The notes: generated from the sequence alone by a model not told the origin. A stretch of DNA of 64,000 nucleotides from an uncultured Phycisphaerae bacterium (GCA_964563935.1 CAZLZE010000005.1:3961-67960); one strand, 5' to 3'; counted from the stretch's first letter, positions 29,022 through 40,475 are shown. Translations and numbers: made by a program.

Positions 29022-29951
29022 ATGATGTCTATGCTCAAGGATCGATCGAAACTGACGACAGAAAAAAGAAACGCCCGAAGCCGCGATATCGACCGCCACT
29101 CCACCCTGGGGATCGTCGAGATCATCAACGCCGAGGACCAACTCATCGCCCCCGCCGTCGCCAGGGAGAAAGAATCCATCGCCGCCGCCGTCGATATCAT
29201 TGTCGATGGGTTCAAACGCGGCGGTAGCCGCTTATATGTCGGCGCTGGTATCAGCGGCCGACTTGGCGTCCTCGATGCCTCAGAATGCCCCCCCACCTAC
29301 GGAACCGATCCTTCCCTGGTCCAGGGAATCATCGCCGGCGGAAAACGCGCCCTCGTACGATCCGTCGAGGGCGCGGAAGATCACCCCGAAGCCGGAGCTG
29401 CCGCCGTCGACAAAAAACGACTTAAACCCCACGACACCATCGTCGGCATCGCCGCCTGCGGAGTCACCCCTTTCGTCGCCGGCGCCATCAAACGTGCGAA
29501 GCAACGCGGAGCCAAAACCGTCTTCGTCACCTGCGCCCCTGAAGCCAAGAAGTACATCCAAGCCGATATCATCATCAATCCCGTCGTCGGACCCGAGGTC
29601 GTCACCGGCTCCACCCGCATGAAAGCGGGCACTGCCACCAAGCTCGTCCTCAACACACTCACCACGTCCGCTATGATCAAGATGGGAAAGGTCTTCGGCA
29701 ACCTGATGGTCGATCTCAAAGCCACCAACGCCAAGCTTCGCGACCGTGCCGAACGGATCGTCATGGCCGCAACAGATACCACACGCGCCCACGCCAGAAC
29801 GCTGCTCACCCAGGCACACGGTCAAGCCAAGATTGCCATTGTGATGCACTTCCAACACTGCGACGCCGACGAGGCGGCAGAACTGCTTTCCGCCGCCGAC
29901 GGATTCATTCGCAAGGCCATCGCAAACCCCTCCCCCCGGGCAAGGAAATAA
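29022..29951 (+). CDS. murQ: N-acetylmuramic acid 6-phosphate etherase
   Basis: SIS domain with LYVGAGISGRLGVLDASECPPTYG and GSTRMKAGTATKLVLNTLTT, matching MurQ. Confidence 0.9.
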   Translation: MMSMLKDRSKLTTEKRNARSRDIDRHSTLGIVEIINAEDQLIAPAVAREKESIAAAVDIIVDGFKRGGSRLYVGAGISGRLGVLDASECPPTYGTDPSLVQGIIAGGKRALVRSVEGAEDHPEAGAAAVDKKRLKPHDTIVGIAACGVTPFVAGAIKRAKQRGAKTVFVTCAPEAKKYIQADIIINPVVGPEVVTGSTRMKAGTATKLVLNTLTTSAMIKMGKVFGNLMVDLKATNAKLRDRAERIVMAATDTTRAHARTLLTQAHGQAKIAIVMHFQHCDADEAAELLSAADGFIRKAIANPSPRARK

Positions 29952-29966
29952 CGAGAAACCAACCGG

Positions 29967-31226
29967 CTACAATCCCTCAACGAGTTCCATCGCGATCTTC
30001 TCCCACTCCCAGATTCGCCGCGGATCGTATCGACACGTAGAAATATCCTTGAGAATCACTTCCACATGGCACCCCCTCGCTTTTTCCAAAACACTTCTTA
30101 GATTGTTCCGAACCGCATCCGGACGCCACCGATCCTCTGCCAGATAGGCCGGATTCGGCTTGTACGAAAAGACGTAATCGGTCCCGATTTGACGAGCACC
30201 ACGCTCGGGATCAACCCACGGACTCATCGAGATCTTTCGAAGGTTCGGAATTCGTCGAAGAATATCAATCTTCCGATCCAATGGCTCGCAACATCCATAG
30301 TAATTCAGCCCCCAGCGCTTCAGCCAGGGCATATCCAGCTTCAGGGAAAACTCCCAGTGCATCTCCGGCGAAACCTCCGAGAACACCTGTGCAGCCGAGC
30401 AACCCCAGAGGTTGTGTGCCCGAACGCAGCCGGGATCATAATCCTTGCCCGGCAACTCATCCGTATAACCGTAACCGCCGGACCCCGGTCCCGCAGGATC
30501 CTGCCCCAAGCTCAGCACGTTCAGTGCTTCGTACTGGTCAAGCTCATACAGACACGCCTCGACAAAACGGGAATAAATCGCCTCCACCATCTCCGGCCTC
30601 TCGATCAGGTCCAGCATCAATTCCTCAACCCCCCAGAGCCGAACCAGAAGATCCCACGGCGCAAACCAGAGCGTATTCAAACCCTCCTTCCTCACCGGCA
30701 TGATATCCCCGAAAATGCGAGTCATTCTGTCATAATTCTCCTCTGTAGCCGCAACGTCGTGGGTAACGACCGGCATCTTTATCTTTTCGATATCCTCCGG
30801 CTTCGAGATCTGGACATGAAAATGGCGGGAAACCACAGCGTTGTTTTCGTCCGATTTGACGATATCGGTGCTCTCATCAATCCCCAAGCCGGTCGAACGA
30901 ATCGCCAGCGGGCAACTGAGGTATGGATTGACCACCATATCCCCGGGAAAATGCCTCCACTGATAAAGCGTCATCCGAAAAGACCATTCCACATTCCTGG
31001 CCCACGAATCGACCGTCTGCAGAGTCAGTTCATCATCGACGTTCATCTCATGCCATGGCGTTTGCTGATGCAGCGGAAGAATGCGAACCAGCGGTCGAAC
31101 GCTCTCCAACTGGTTGAGCCTCTTCCACAGTTGAATCTTTTCCTTTTGGATTGGTAACGCGGCAATCGCGGCTATTTCCTGCGCCAACCGCTGCAATATC
31201 GTCACGTCGTTCTGCGGAATGGACAT
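29967..31226 (-). CDS. Hypothetical protein (419 aa), no recognised domain
   Basis: Long ORF with coding-like composition, divergent from an AraC regulator. Only a weak TIM-barrel-like feel; no motif identified. Confidence 0.55.
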   Translation of the reverse strand: MSIPQNDVTILQRLAQEIAAIAALPIQKEKIQLWKRLNQLESVRPLVRILPLHQQTPWHEMNVDDELTLQTVDSWARNVEWSFRMTLYQWRHFPGDMVVNPYLSCPLAIRSTGLGIDESTDIVKSDENNAVVSRHFHVQISKPEDIEKIKMPVVTHDVAATEENYDRMTRIFGDIMPVRKEGLNTLWFAPWDLLVRLWGVEELMLDLIERPEMVEAIYSRFVEACLYELDQYEALNVLSLGQDPAGPGSGGYGYTDELPGKDYDPGCVRAHNLWGCSAAQVFSEVSPEMHWEFSLKLDMPWLKRWGLNYYGCCEPLDRKIDILRRIPNLRKISMSPWVDPERGARQIGTDYVFSYKPNPAYLAEDRWRPDAVRNNLRSVLEKARGCHVEVILKDISTCRYDPRRIWEWEKIAMELVEGL

Positions 31227-31330
31227 ATCTTTTCTCCTGCTTGAGTTTCAGTCACTTTAGCGTATCCCAAGTGAGTCGAGAATGACTCAACTCTTGATTG
31301 GCATATACTTTTTTGACATAATAGGCGCCT

Positions 31331-32143
31331 ATGGACCCGATGTTGACCACCGTTTCCGCGAACGTCTTGTGTGCGCTCGAGCGTGAGCTTGATTCGGACT
31401 GGCAGAACCGCAACGGAAACGATCCCTATGGCCGCTTGTATTATATCGCCTCAGGCGTGGGCCATTTAACAGTCAAAGGGCGGCGTTATCCACTCCAGCC
31501 CGGATGTCTTTACCTGATCCCTGCCTGTACCACGTACAGTTACGGATGCCCCGACCGCATTACGATCCAATGGGTCCATTTCACCGCCACGCTCCCTGGT
31601 GAGATAGATCTTTTTGCCTATATCAATTGCGATTACCATCTCGGACCCCGGCGCGACGACCAAATACCGTCTGCCCTGGCCCGAATGCGGGACCTCTGGC
31701 CAAGCCAGCGACTTGGAGATCAACTGGAAGCTACCGGACTGCTGCTGAAACTGCTCGCATTGTTCCTAAATACAGCCGATCCCGCCAGTCTGAATGCCAG
31801 AGTGGAGGAATTGCGCCGCTTTCAACCAATCATCGACTATGTCGACCGGAATCTGCATTCCCCCATCAGAGTCACCGATCTGGCCCGACGGGTGCATCTT
31901 CAGCCATCCTATTTCTCACGGCTATTTGCCCAACATTTCAACATGCCGCCAGTCCAATACATCCTGCGCCAAAAGATCAAACACGCCCAAGTCCTGCTCT
32001 GGCAAACGGATCGGACCATCGAGACCATCGGAATGGACCTTGGCTTCACAAACGGGTTCTATTTCTCACGGGCCTTCAAAAAGATCGCGGGAATATCCCC
32101 ACATTTCTATCGTCAGAAGATTCGAGACACCAGGAACATTTGA
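31331..32143 (+). CDS. AraC family transcriptional regulator (cupin plus HTH)
   Basis: C-terminal VTDLARRVHLQPSYFSRLFAQHF...IETIGMDLGFTNGFYFSRAFKKIAGISP AraC HTH pair. Confidence 0.88.
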   Translation: MDPMLTTVSANVLCALERELDSDWQNRNGNDPYGRLYYIASGVGHLTVKGRRYPLQPGCLYLIPACTTYSYGCPDRITIQWVHFTATLPGEIDLFAYINCDYHLGPRRDDQIPSALARMRDLWPSQRLGDQLEATGLLLKLLALFLNTADPASLNARVEELRRFQPIIDYVDRNLHSPIRVTDLARRVHLQPSYFSRLFAQHFNMPPVQYILRQKIKHAQVLLWQTDRTIETIGMDLGFTNGFYFSRAFKKIAGISPHFYRQKIRDTRNI

Positions 32144-32474
32144 CGCTGCCAAGGGACGCAGGACCAAAACCAACTTTGAGCAAGTTCAGGAGATGCCCGC
32201 CATTGCCAATCATCCCAAGCACCTCCCCACCTGCTTCAGTTGAACTCAAAAGAAATTCATTATTCTGTGGACATCGCATCGCCACCCGGTTATACTTCTC
32301 TTGGTTGCTTAGTCGAAAGAATGGCAGGGGTGGGCCGAGTATACAGTATCGCTCGTGCGTTTCCTGAACTTTCCGTCGACCATTTTAACCTTCCGGGCCG
32401 GAATGTCGGCCCCTTTCAATGCGACCTGGAAAGTAAAACGTGGGTCCAAACGCCCAACACAATGGAGATTTATC

Positions 32475-32792
32475 ATGGGCAAGAAACTGTATGTCGGAAA
32501 CATGAGCTATGACATGGACAATGCACAACTGGAGCAGATTTTCTCTGCGCACGGCACGGTGACAAGCGCGCAGGTTATCCAGGACCGCATGACCGGACGC
32601 AGCAAAGGCTTCGGTTTTGTGGAAATGGGAAGCGATCAGGAAGCGGCTGCGGCCATCAACGCCTTGAACGGCAAGGATTGCGGCGGACGCGCTTTGACCG
32701 TCAACGAAGCCAAACCTCGTGAGGATCGCGGCCCAAGTCGCGGTGGTTACGGCGGTGGCGGCGGGCGTGGCGGCTACGGTCGCGGACGATAA
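32475..32792 (+). CDS. RRM-type RNA-binding protein with Gly/Arg-rich tail
   Basis: RNP2 KLYVGNM, RNP1 KGFGFVEM and an RGGYGGGGGRGGYGRGR tail. TGGAGA ribosome-binding site before ATG 32475. Confidence 0.9.
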   Translation: MGKKLYVGNMSYDMDNAQLEQIFSAHGTVTSAQVIQDRMTGRSKGFGFVEMGSDQEAAAAINALNGKDCGGRALTVNEAKPREDRGPSRGGYGGGGGRGGYGRGR

Positions 32793-32812
32793 CCGCTCTT
32801 CGACAATCGAAA

Positions 32813-32844
32813 AGGAGGCTGCCCCTCGGCGGTCTCCTTTTTTA
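32813..32844 (+). terminator. Rho-independent terminator after the RRM gene
   Basis: aggaggctgcc-cctc-ggcggtctcct imperfect hairpin followed by tttttt. Confidence 0.6.
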
Positions 32845-32860
32845 TGCGCCCGGGAGATCT

Positions 32861-33361
32861 ATGGGAATGACCGGATACGGCGAGGACACTATTCGGTTCG
32901 CCTGTGACGCGATGCTGGGAGCCTTGGCTCGATGGCTCAGGGCGGCTGGCTACGATTGCTTCTGGCGGGAGGGAATTGACGACGCCGAGATCGTCGAACT
33001 CGCCCGAAAAGAAAATCGTATCCTCCTGACGTCAGACTCCGGCATCTTCAAGCGCGGGGTGGTCTTTCGCCGCGAAGTCAAAGCCCTCTACATCCAGCGC
33101 GACATGCCCCGCGACGAGCAGGTCGCCCACGTCCTTCGCGTCCTGGATCTGCCGCGCCGTCCGCCACGCTGCATGACCTGCGGCGGCGAACTCACCCCGC
33201 TCGACCGCGAATCAGCCAGATCCCTTGTCCCACCCGGTACCCTTAAGGAGCACGACAAATTCTTCCAATGTACCCGCTGCGGCAAAGTTTACTGGCAAGG
33301 AACGCACTGGCAAAAAATCGACAACCGCCTCCGCCGCCTCGGTCTGACTATCGAGCCATGA
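32861..33361 (+). CDS. Mut7-C (DUF82) PIN-like RNase domain protein with C-terminal zinc ribbon
   Basis: IRFACDAMLGALARWLRAAGYD...ILLTSD N-terminal PIN-like block, plus CMTCGG...C..CGK zinc ribbon. Confidence 0.75.
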   Translation: MGMTGYGEDTIRFACDAMLGALARWLRAAGYDCFWREGIDDAEIVELARKENRILLTSDSGIFKRGVVFRREVKALYIQRDMPRDEQVAHVLRVLDLPRRPPRCMTCGGELTPLDRESARSLVPPGTLKEHDKFFQCTRCGKVYWQGTHWQKIDNRLRRLGLTIEP

Positions 33362-33495
33362 ACATTTCCTATTACACACGCATCATATTTATGTCGTCAG
33401 TACAACGTCCCGTACAAACAACAATACTTCGCGGCTGTCATCTTGAACGTAGCGAAGGATCTGGAGCATCGGATGCTTAAAGAAAGACTCTTACA

Positions 33496-34068
33496 ATGAG
33501 AAACTTTCTGAGATCTACCGACATCATCGATTGGATACATCTTGAGGTACTGATGCGTGCTAAGGCGATAGCAGCAGGCTCCGCAGATCAGGTGACTATC
33601 GCCAAACGCTGTTTCGAGTGGGTCCGCGACCAGATCAGACACAGCAGGGACTTTCTGTTACAGCCCGTCACTTGTTCCGCATCCCAAGTGCTTCAAGTTG
33701 GCAGCGGCTACTGCTATGCCAAGAGTCATCTCCTGACGGCCTTGCTGCGTGCCAACAGTATTCCGGCGGGACTGTGCTATCAGCGGCTGAGCAAGGATGG
33801 GAAGGGCAATCCTTTCTGCCTGCACGGCCTGACGGCCATGTATCTACCCGATTTCGGCTGGTACCGTGTCGACCCCAGAGGCAATCGCGCCGACATCGAT
33901 GCTCAGTGTACCCCGCCGAGGGAACAACTGGCCTTCACCATAACGCTTCCCGGAGAAGCCGATCTGCCCGAGATCTTCAGCGATCCCCTCCCCGTCGTCG
34001 TGGAGGCCCTGCGATCGTACTGCTCGGCGGATTCCCTGTGGGAATCTCTTCCGGATATCTCACTGTAG
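33496..34068 (+). CDS. Transglutaminase-like cysteine-protease-fold protein
   Basis: GSGYCYAKSHLLTALLRANSIPA (Cys), a downstream His and the YRVDPRGN Asp, forming a transglutaminase-like triad. Confidence 0.7.
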   Translation: MRNFLRSTDIIDWIHLEVLMRAKAIAAGSADQVTIAKRCFEWVRDQIRHSRDFLLQPVTCSASQVLQVGSGYCYAKSHLLTALLRANSIPAGLCYQRLSKDGKGNPFCLHGLTAMYLPDFGWYRVDPRGNRADIDAQCTPPREQLAFTITLPGEADLPEIFSDPLPVVVEALRSYCSADSLWESLPDISL

Positions 34069-34145
34069 AGACCAAGACGAACTCAACGCTATCGCCGAAC
34101 AAATCCGCCTTGCTCTCTAGAAACTTCCAGTCGCCAAACGTAGCA

Positions 34146-36404
34146 CTATCGCCCTGACCTCGTAATCTGAACATCAAATACCGCCAGCGTGTTCGGAATC
34201 ACCAGAACGCCATCCGCCCCGATCTTTCCCTTGCCGATTTCTCTCAGGTGCCAGTCGCGGAACTGATACTCGCATCCCGCCAATGCTGGCGCCTTCACCT
34301 TCATGCCCACTCTCGCCACGAGCACAGGCAGACTTCCGAACTGCTCGCACATGGCCGCCCCCCACTCCGCATAATCCTGCATCCAGTTATACTGGTTGCC
34401 AGGCTTCCACTTCTTCGTGTTCATCTCCATCCCCGTGTTCATCGCGCCGCTCACTGCCGACATCACCAACCGCTTGCTCTTGCCGATCTCCTGACCATCC
34501 TGAGCCGCAAGCCCGAAACACACATAACGGTCCTCGTCCGGCTTGTAGTACGGCATCCCCTTGGGGATACTCACGCTCATGTCATAAATCTCAACATCAT
34601 CCTTGAACGTCACTCTATCCGGCAAAAACCCAGCCGCCGTCTTCGCTTGCGGACAGTCCATCACCAGCACGCCCTTGTGCCAATCCAGCTTGATCTGATC
34701 CGTCGGACTGATCTGCGGCGGCAAAAACTCCCGACCATGAACCACCGGGCCCGTCACCTTTGCCTTCTCCGGCAGGTTCGGGTCGAACTTCAACCGCAGC
34801 CCATACCGATATACCGTCGGCGCGAACTTATCTGAAAGATCCCCCCATTCGAACATGTCCATATCCCAAAGCCCGTCGCGACCCACGGTCATTACGGTCG
34901 GATTCGCCGGCGGAGTCGTCGCGAAATTCTTGAACATCTCCCCCGCCACTCTCATCGCTGAAATCAGCACCTCGTCCCACTTGAATTGCAGACCCTGACA
35001 CGAAAAGGCGTTGTCCGGCCGAAGCATTTTGTTGAACGGCTCCGTACTCGTAAAAAGATCCGGCTCCGGATGTCCATAATAATGAAAATCAATCACATCC
35101 CAATCCTGAATCGTCGCCAACGCCAGCAGCAGGTAAGGATATTCGCACCGGTACTTGTCCGGCATGAGGATCATGTTCTCATAAATGAACGTCGGCTTGT
35201 CCGCCAGGCGGTTCTGCTCCACCCACGGATTGCCATACGACAGCGAAGGCGACTCTTCAAGCAACGATTTGAACGGGTACCGCGGATGCTTCGAATCCAG
35301 CGTAATCTGCGACACATACGTTCCCACGCATAGTGCGTCCCCGAAGCTGTTGACGTAAATCGACGCGGGCGAATAGCTGTACCCGGTGTCGAATACGATC
35401 GGAACAACGGATATCCCAATCCCCGGCTTGCCCTCCGCCCGGATCGCCGCGTAGACCCGCTTTTTGTGTTCAAGCAGCAGGTTCGACGTAAATTCAATCA
35501 CATCGCCGCCGCGCCGTCTGGAAAAATCTCGATACGTATATTTCAAATCCTTAAAATTCTTCGCCTCGATCCCCAGCGCCTCGGCCGCGCCGCCCGTCGG
35601 ACAGAACAGCGGCAGAAATTGAATCGTGCCCTTCGTCAGCGATTCCCCCGGCAGCAAACTGCCAATCCACGCCCCGCGCAGTTTCTCGTCCGACCCGTAT
35701 TTTTTCTTCAGCCACACATTCCACTGCTGATATAGCTCGTCCTGAAAGAACTTCGGCATCGACAGGTGAATGGCGTAGTTCAGAATCCGCTGCAGCCACC
35801 ATTGCTCGTTATGGATTTCCCACACATAAAACACCGGATCGTCCGCCCAACGAAGTCCGTTGTACTGGTTGACGTGATTGAGGATCTTTTTTATGTCCTG
35901 AATGTATCCGGCTTCACTGCGGGCGTCCCAGACCGTCCAAAACGGCCGATTCACGGGCTTATCCCCCAATGCCTTGAGCCACGCCTCCCGCGTCGCGTCG
36001 TCCTTCACCAGATCAACGTGCGACGGACGAACCATCGCCGAATTCAACATGTCCGCCCAAACCCAGACGCCCTGCTTTCGCAAGCTGGCCAGCAGGTAGT
36101 CCTCCATGTCCGCTACGGACTTATCACCCTTCTTATAATCCCACTTCTCGGCATCAATGTGCCACCACAGCGTCCGATACCCGTTGAACCCCAGATCGGC
36201 AAACCGCTTGACCTCGCCGTCAATGTGCCGATAGTCTTTTCCCTCCAGGTTCCCCTGCGACCCCCAGATCCGCAGGCGCTTGCCTTTGTAGGACAGATGC
36301 CCGTCCTTGATCGTGGTGAATTCGTCGGGTGAAGGCAAGTTCCCCGCGAAAACCGAGGTAACGGAAATCAACACAACGAGAGTAAAGCTGGCAATTCGTT
36401 TCAT
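34146..36404 (-). CDS. Secreted glycoside hydrolase, clan GH-A-like TIM barrel, family unassigned
   Basis: Signal peptide [28 protein letters not shown] with an NE acid/base-like motif. 752 aa. GGAG ribosome-binding site. Last gene of the minus-strand operon. Confidence 0.7.
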   Translation of the reverse strand: MKRIASFTLVVLISVTSVFAGNLPSPDEFTTIKDGHLSYKGKRLRIWGSQGNLEGKDYRHIDGEVKRFADLGFNGYRTLWWHIDAEKWDYKKGDKSVADMEDYLLASLRKQGVWVWADMLNSAMVRPSHVDLVKDDATREAWLKALGDKPVNRPFWTVWDARSEAGYIQDIKKILNHVNQYNGLRWADDPVFYVWEIHNEQWWLQRILNYAIHLSMPKFFQDELYQQWNVWLKKKYGSDEKLRGAWIGSLLPGESLTKGTIQFLPLFCPTGGAAEALGIEAKNFKDLKYTYRDFSRRRGGDVIEFTSNLLLEHKKRVYAAIRAEGKPGIGISVVPIVFDTGYSYSPASIYVNSFGDALCVGTYVSQITLDSKHPRYPFKSLLEESPSLSYGNPWVEQNRLADKPTFIYENMILMPDKYRCEYPYLLLALATIQDWDVIDFHYYGHPEPDLFTSTEPFNKMLRPDNAFSCQGLQFKWDEVLISAMRVAGEMFKNFATTPPANPTVMTVGRDGLWDMDMFEWGDLSDKFAPTVYRYGLRLKFDPNLPEKAKVTGPVVHGREFLPPQISPTDQIKLDWHKGVLVMDCPQAKTAAGFLPDRVTFKDDVEIYDMSVSIPKGMPYYKPDEDRYVCFGLAAQDGQEIGKSKRLVMSAVSGAMNTGMEMNTKKWKPGNQYNWMQDYAEWGAAMCEQFGSLPVLVARVGMKVKAPALAGCEYQFRDWHLREIGKGKIGADGVLVIPNTLAVFDVQITRSGR

Positions 36405-37309
36405 CAGTACACTCCATCCGGTGAAAGGTAAGGGTAAGGACGCCCGGGAGAACTATACGCAACATCAGTCCCGGGAGTCGTCGTGCCAAATGTGCATTCA
36501 TACGCTTGGGCATGCCCGTCGCCCAATAAGAACACTGCCCGTCCGTTATATACCGCATCTGCCCCTATGACAAAAGTTCGGCTGTGCCGTTGCCAATCAA
36601 AACCGATCCCCGCCCCCGTGCATCCCGACCACCAGAAGACGCTGGCCCCAAAGGCACACCACCAGTTGTCCGTATACGGCTCCATAGGAGACCCGCTGCC
36701 GCGATCTCCAACCAAAATGACATCCCCGGGAGAACACGCGTAACTATCCAGCTTCTTCATATTCCATTCCGGAATGGCGGGTGTGATCGCATCCGTCCAC
36801 ATGGCCCAGCGGTTGGCGCTGTAGGAGCAGTTGTACACTCGCTGGCCCAGTTCCTTCGCATTCCACGTTACGTAAATCTCCCGTGTATCTGCCGGACAAT
36901 GCAGGACACTTTCCTTCTTATAGTCGTAGACCAGAACTCCCTCACTCCTCAATCGCTCATACCACAGGGGCCTGGCACTCATCCATGTTCCCTCATCGCT
37001 CACGGCATACGGCACCATCCAGCCGTTGTTTGTGTTGACGTACTGCATAATCGCCACCCCGATCTGCCGCTGATTGCTCAGACACCCCGCAGTCCGCGCC
37101 GCCTCACGTGCGTTCGCCAACGCCGGAAGCAAAATCGCAATCAACACCGCGATGATGGCTACAACGACCAACAGCTCAATCAACGTAAACCCCCAACGGT
37201 CATCGCGACGCCCAACGGGCCGTGGCGATCCGGCGCCCGATACCAACGACCTCTGATCCCTGGTTGATGAGCCATGACTGAAGAGCCTTGCCGATTTCTC
37301 TGTCTTCAT
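36404..37309 (-). CDS. DUF1559 protein with prepilin-type N-terminal cleavage/methylation domain (type II pseudopilin-like)
   Basis: [25 protein letters not shown]-terminal pilin helix. C-terminal [13 protein letters not shown] (H-x9-DG-like) motif. GAGGAG ribosome-binding site. Confidence 0.85.
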   Translation of the reverse strand: MKTEKSARLFSHGSSTRDQRSLVSGAGSPRPVGRRDDRWGFTLIELLVVVAIIAVLIAILLPALANAREAARTAGCLSNQRQIGVAIMQYVNTNNGWMVPYAVSDEGTWMSARPLWYERLRSEGVLVYDYKKESVLHCPADTREIYVTWNAKELGQRVYNCSYSANRWAMWTDAITPAIPEWNMKKLDSYACSPGDVILVGDRGSGSPMEPYTDNWWCAFGASVFWWSGCTGAGIGFDWQRHSRTFVIGADAVYNGRAVFLLGDGHAQAYECTFGTTTPGTDVAYSSPGRPYPYLSPDGVY

Positions 37310-37421
37310 GAGCTTCTCCTCATCTTCAATCCCAAATCACTTCTCCCATTCGTGTATATTCGCGAGATTCGTGTCTCTTTCCTCTTCAATCCCAAACCCG
37401 AAGTTCGCAATCCGAAATTCC

Positions 37422-40400
37422 TCATTCCTCCACCGCCGTCACACCCAGCAGCACCAGCGCCGCCGGACTCCCCTTCTCCGTAGTCATCCGAATTGACTTG
37501 ATCGCCGCCTCCCGCCGCGGGTTCCCCCAGTACCACACTCGCAAAAACCGCGCCTGGTTCTCGCCCCCGAGCCCTTCCTTCGCCCGTACGACTACCGTCC
37601 GACTGTCTTCCCCCTCCTGCCAGTCCATCCACCAGTCATAGATGTTCCCCGCGATCACGATGGGCACCGTCACCGTCTTCCCATCCTCGTACGTGACTTC
37701 GTATGCGCCAGCCGTCGCCCCTTTGACCTGCGCATAATTCGCCGAGTGCAGGAAAAACAGCCCTCGCACCATTCGACCCACCACGATCGGTCCCGAGCCT
37801 TCCGGACCGTTCGGAAGCGTGTTCCCCTTCAGCGTCAAAACCGCCTTGCCTCCGTTCCTCGCCGGGTCGATCACTTCGAACGGCACGCCCAGAAACTTGT
37901 GCTGCCCCGGCACAAGATCCCGCATGTCGTTGAACGGACCTTCATCCGTCCACCCGCCAGCCCCGTCCGACCCTTTCTCATCCGCCAATCCCATATTCAC
38001 CACCGCCGTCAGGTCCAGCGGAACCAATCGCGATTGCCCCGCCTCCGCCGCCACCGTGTAATCCGCCATCGGCATCGGCGTCGGTCCCGCCGTCACGACA
38101 TCTTCCTTGCGAACCGCCGCTTTGACGACCTTCACCTCCGCTCGTTCAAGCTGCCTCGCAAATTCAGACGCCTTGCCCTTATATCGCAGGTACATCGGCG
38201 ATGGTGTTACACGGATCGTTCCTTCATGCTTTATCGCGTTCCCCATCAGGTCGAATGCGGACCCGCCAAACTTTACATCGACTTCTCCCTCGTCCACCGT
38301 CCACACAACGGCCATCGACGTTCCATCCGCTCGATCATAAAAATAGGCATAAACCGGCCCCTTCAGTTCTCGCTTCGTCACATACCTCCCCCCGTCGATC
38401 TGCCACGCCAACTGGCAAAGAGAAATCGCAAACGGCTTCGGCGTCCGCGTCACCTCCACCGTACTCCACGAGCTATAGCTGTTGGACGGTCCGACCGGCT
38501 GATGGAAATAGTAGAACCATTGACCGACGCCCTCACCCATCGTCGTCACGTAATACTGCACCGCCCGTTCGGCTGTCTCTCTAAACACCAGCGGCGTTCG
38601 TTTGTGCTCCGGCGGAAGTTCCGGAAAGTCCAATCCTCGCAAAAACGTCGTCGTCTGTATCCCCGCCTCAGAATTCATCAGCCGCACGTCCTCCCGACCC
38701 GTCGCCGCTTTCACCGCCCGCCGGTAACCGCGAATCTGGTTAATCGCGTCGTCCCATCTGCCCGTGTCAAGATAACCATGATATGTCAGCCCGTCACAGT
38801 ACTTCAGTACCCCCTTCTTCATGATGGCTTTGCCCCACACCCCATTATCGAATTGCGCCCAGATGGTCAACTTTGGGTCGATAGCCTTCGCCGTCTCGTA
38901 TTACACCTTGCACAACTCAATATATTCTTCCACCGATCCCTTGAAGAACATCGAACTCCATGGCTCGTTCCATACCTCCCATTCCTTGATCACCGGAAAC
39001 CGCTTGATGCTCTCCCGGATGTAATTCCGATACGCGTCCATGTCCGTCGGCATCCAACCCTGGGGATACTCGTACAAGTCCTTCGGCGCCGGAGGACTCT
39101 TCCCGTCCTTGAACTTCACCGACCAGTACGGCGACCCGAACCACTGACCCAACTGCTCGAACCCGCGACTCACCACTTCGTCGTACAGGTTCCTATCGAC
39201 CATCTGATAGTCTCCGCGGCGCGGCTCCATGAGCTTCCACCACGTGTATTGAGTCATATTATGCACCCGGTTCGCCGCGAACCCCAGCCGACGCGCCATA
39301 TCCGGCATCCCCGGCGTGTGATTCACATGATTCCCGAAAAATCGATGCTTCGGCGGGTTCCCCGGCGGAATGCACCCGAAACTCGTAATATCCCGGCTAC
39401 CCTTGCTGTCCCCCACGATCACCGTCGCCTCTATCTTAAACGCGCCGTATTTCTCTGGCGTAAAACTCGCGGAGAACTCCTTTCTCGCCTTGCCCGCAAG
39501 CTTAAACTCGACCGTTTGCTCCTTACCCTGCGGCTTCTCCCACAGATCCAGCATTCGCAGAACCAGCTTCCCCGACTGCTCCTTCTCCGTCCGGTTCACA
39601 AGCGGAACCTTCAGCGACACCGCCTGCCCCGGCGAAAACAGCGAATCCGCATAGTTAAAATACACCAGCTCCGGATAGACAATCCACGTCCTGTCACGGT
39701 TCAGCGGCGGCATCTTGTGCGCCGCCTCAGCCAAACTCTCGGGCTTGGCGCAGATATCCCTGATCTCACCTGACGCCAGTACACGATCCCATACCATCAC
39801 CTCGTCATAGACTCCCGGGACTCCACCCAGCATGAAACTCCCCTCGTCCTTCCCGTCAATGTACTGCACCTCCTTCGATCCCGCCAATTGTCCGTTCAAA
39901 TAGAGCTTCTTCTGCGCAAATTGCGCCGTACTCGCCAGATTCGGACCCTCGCCGTTGCCCTCAGGCAGACGCTTATCCCACGTCAACACCACGTGCGTCC
40001 ATTTGTCCTTCGGTACCGACGACACAGGTACGTGCAGCGACCAGTCCCACGTCCAGTCCTTCCCCGGCGGCGTCCCCGCCGTCAACCAATAAAACACCTG
40101 GTGCTTCTGAACATACAGCAGCTTCATCGAATTCGTCTCTACGGCCGCGAACATCGCACTATCATTAGGAAGCGACCCGATCTCCACTCCCGGCTTCACC
40201 CAAAAGCTAATCGTACCCTTGTTCCGATTCAAATTCCCCGCGCAAGGCCATGTCACACTCCCCTTCGACGCATCGAACCCCTTACCCACCTTCCCTGCCG
40301 CCGCCACATACGTCCCGGAAACCGCCTTCGCCCCAGCGCAATTCGCCGCCGACACGCGATTCTCAAAATCCGCGTAAAACGTCAAACCATCAGTAACCGG

Positions 40401-40475
40401 CCTCGCCTGACCCAGGCATGCCGACTCCACTGCGACAAGAACCGCAAAACACAACCGCAAATGTCCCTTCTGCAC
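37422..40475 (-). pseudogene. LamG-domain glycoside hydrolase (clan GH-A, WEVWNEPW) interrupted by a single in-frame TAA at 38901-38903
   Basis: ORFs 38901..40580 and 37422..38870 are in the same frame and read through as ...EEYIELCKV*YETAKAIDPKLTIWAQFDNGVW, a typical contiguous GH catalytic-domain stretch. Likely start is GTG 40475, with a GGAGG ribosome-binding site and signal peptide QKGHLRLCFAVLVAV. Confidence 0.7.

Noticed and set aside
38901-38903. In-frame TAA as programmed stop-codon recoding or readthrough
   Set aside because: TAA is used as an ordinary stop for other genes in the window (ends at 14554 and 17438). There is no downstream recoding-like structure, so a nonsense mutation or sequencing error is more parsimonious.
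37746-39773. 675-aa plus-strand ORF rich in Arg/His/Pro, antisense to the LamG-GH gene
   Set aside because: Low-complexity R/H/P-rich translation typical of antisense frames of GC-rich genes. The real gene is on the minus strand.
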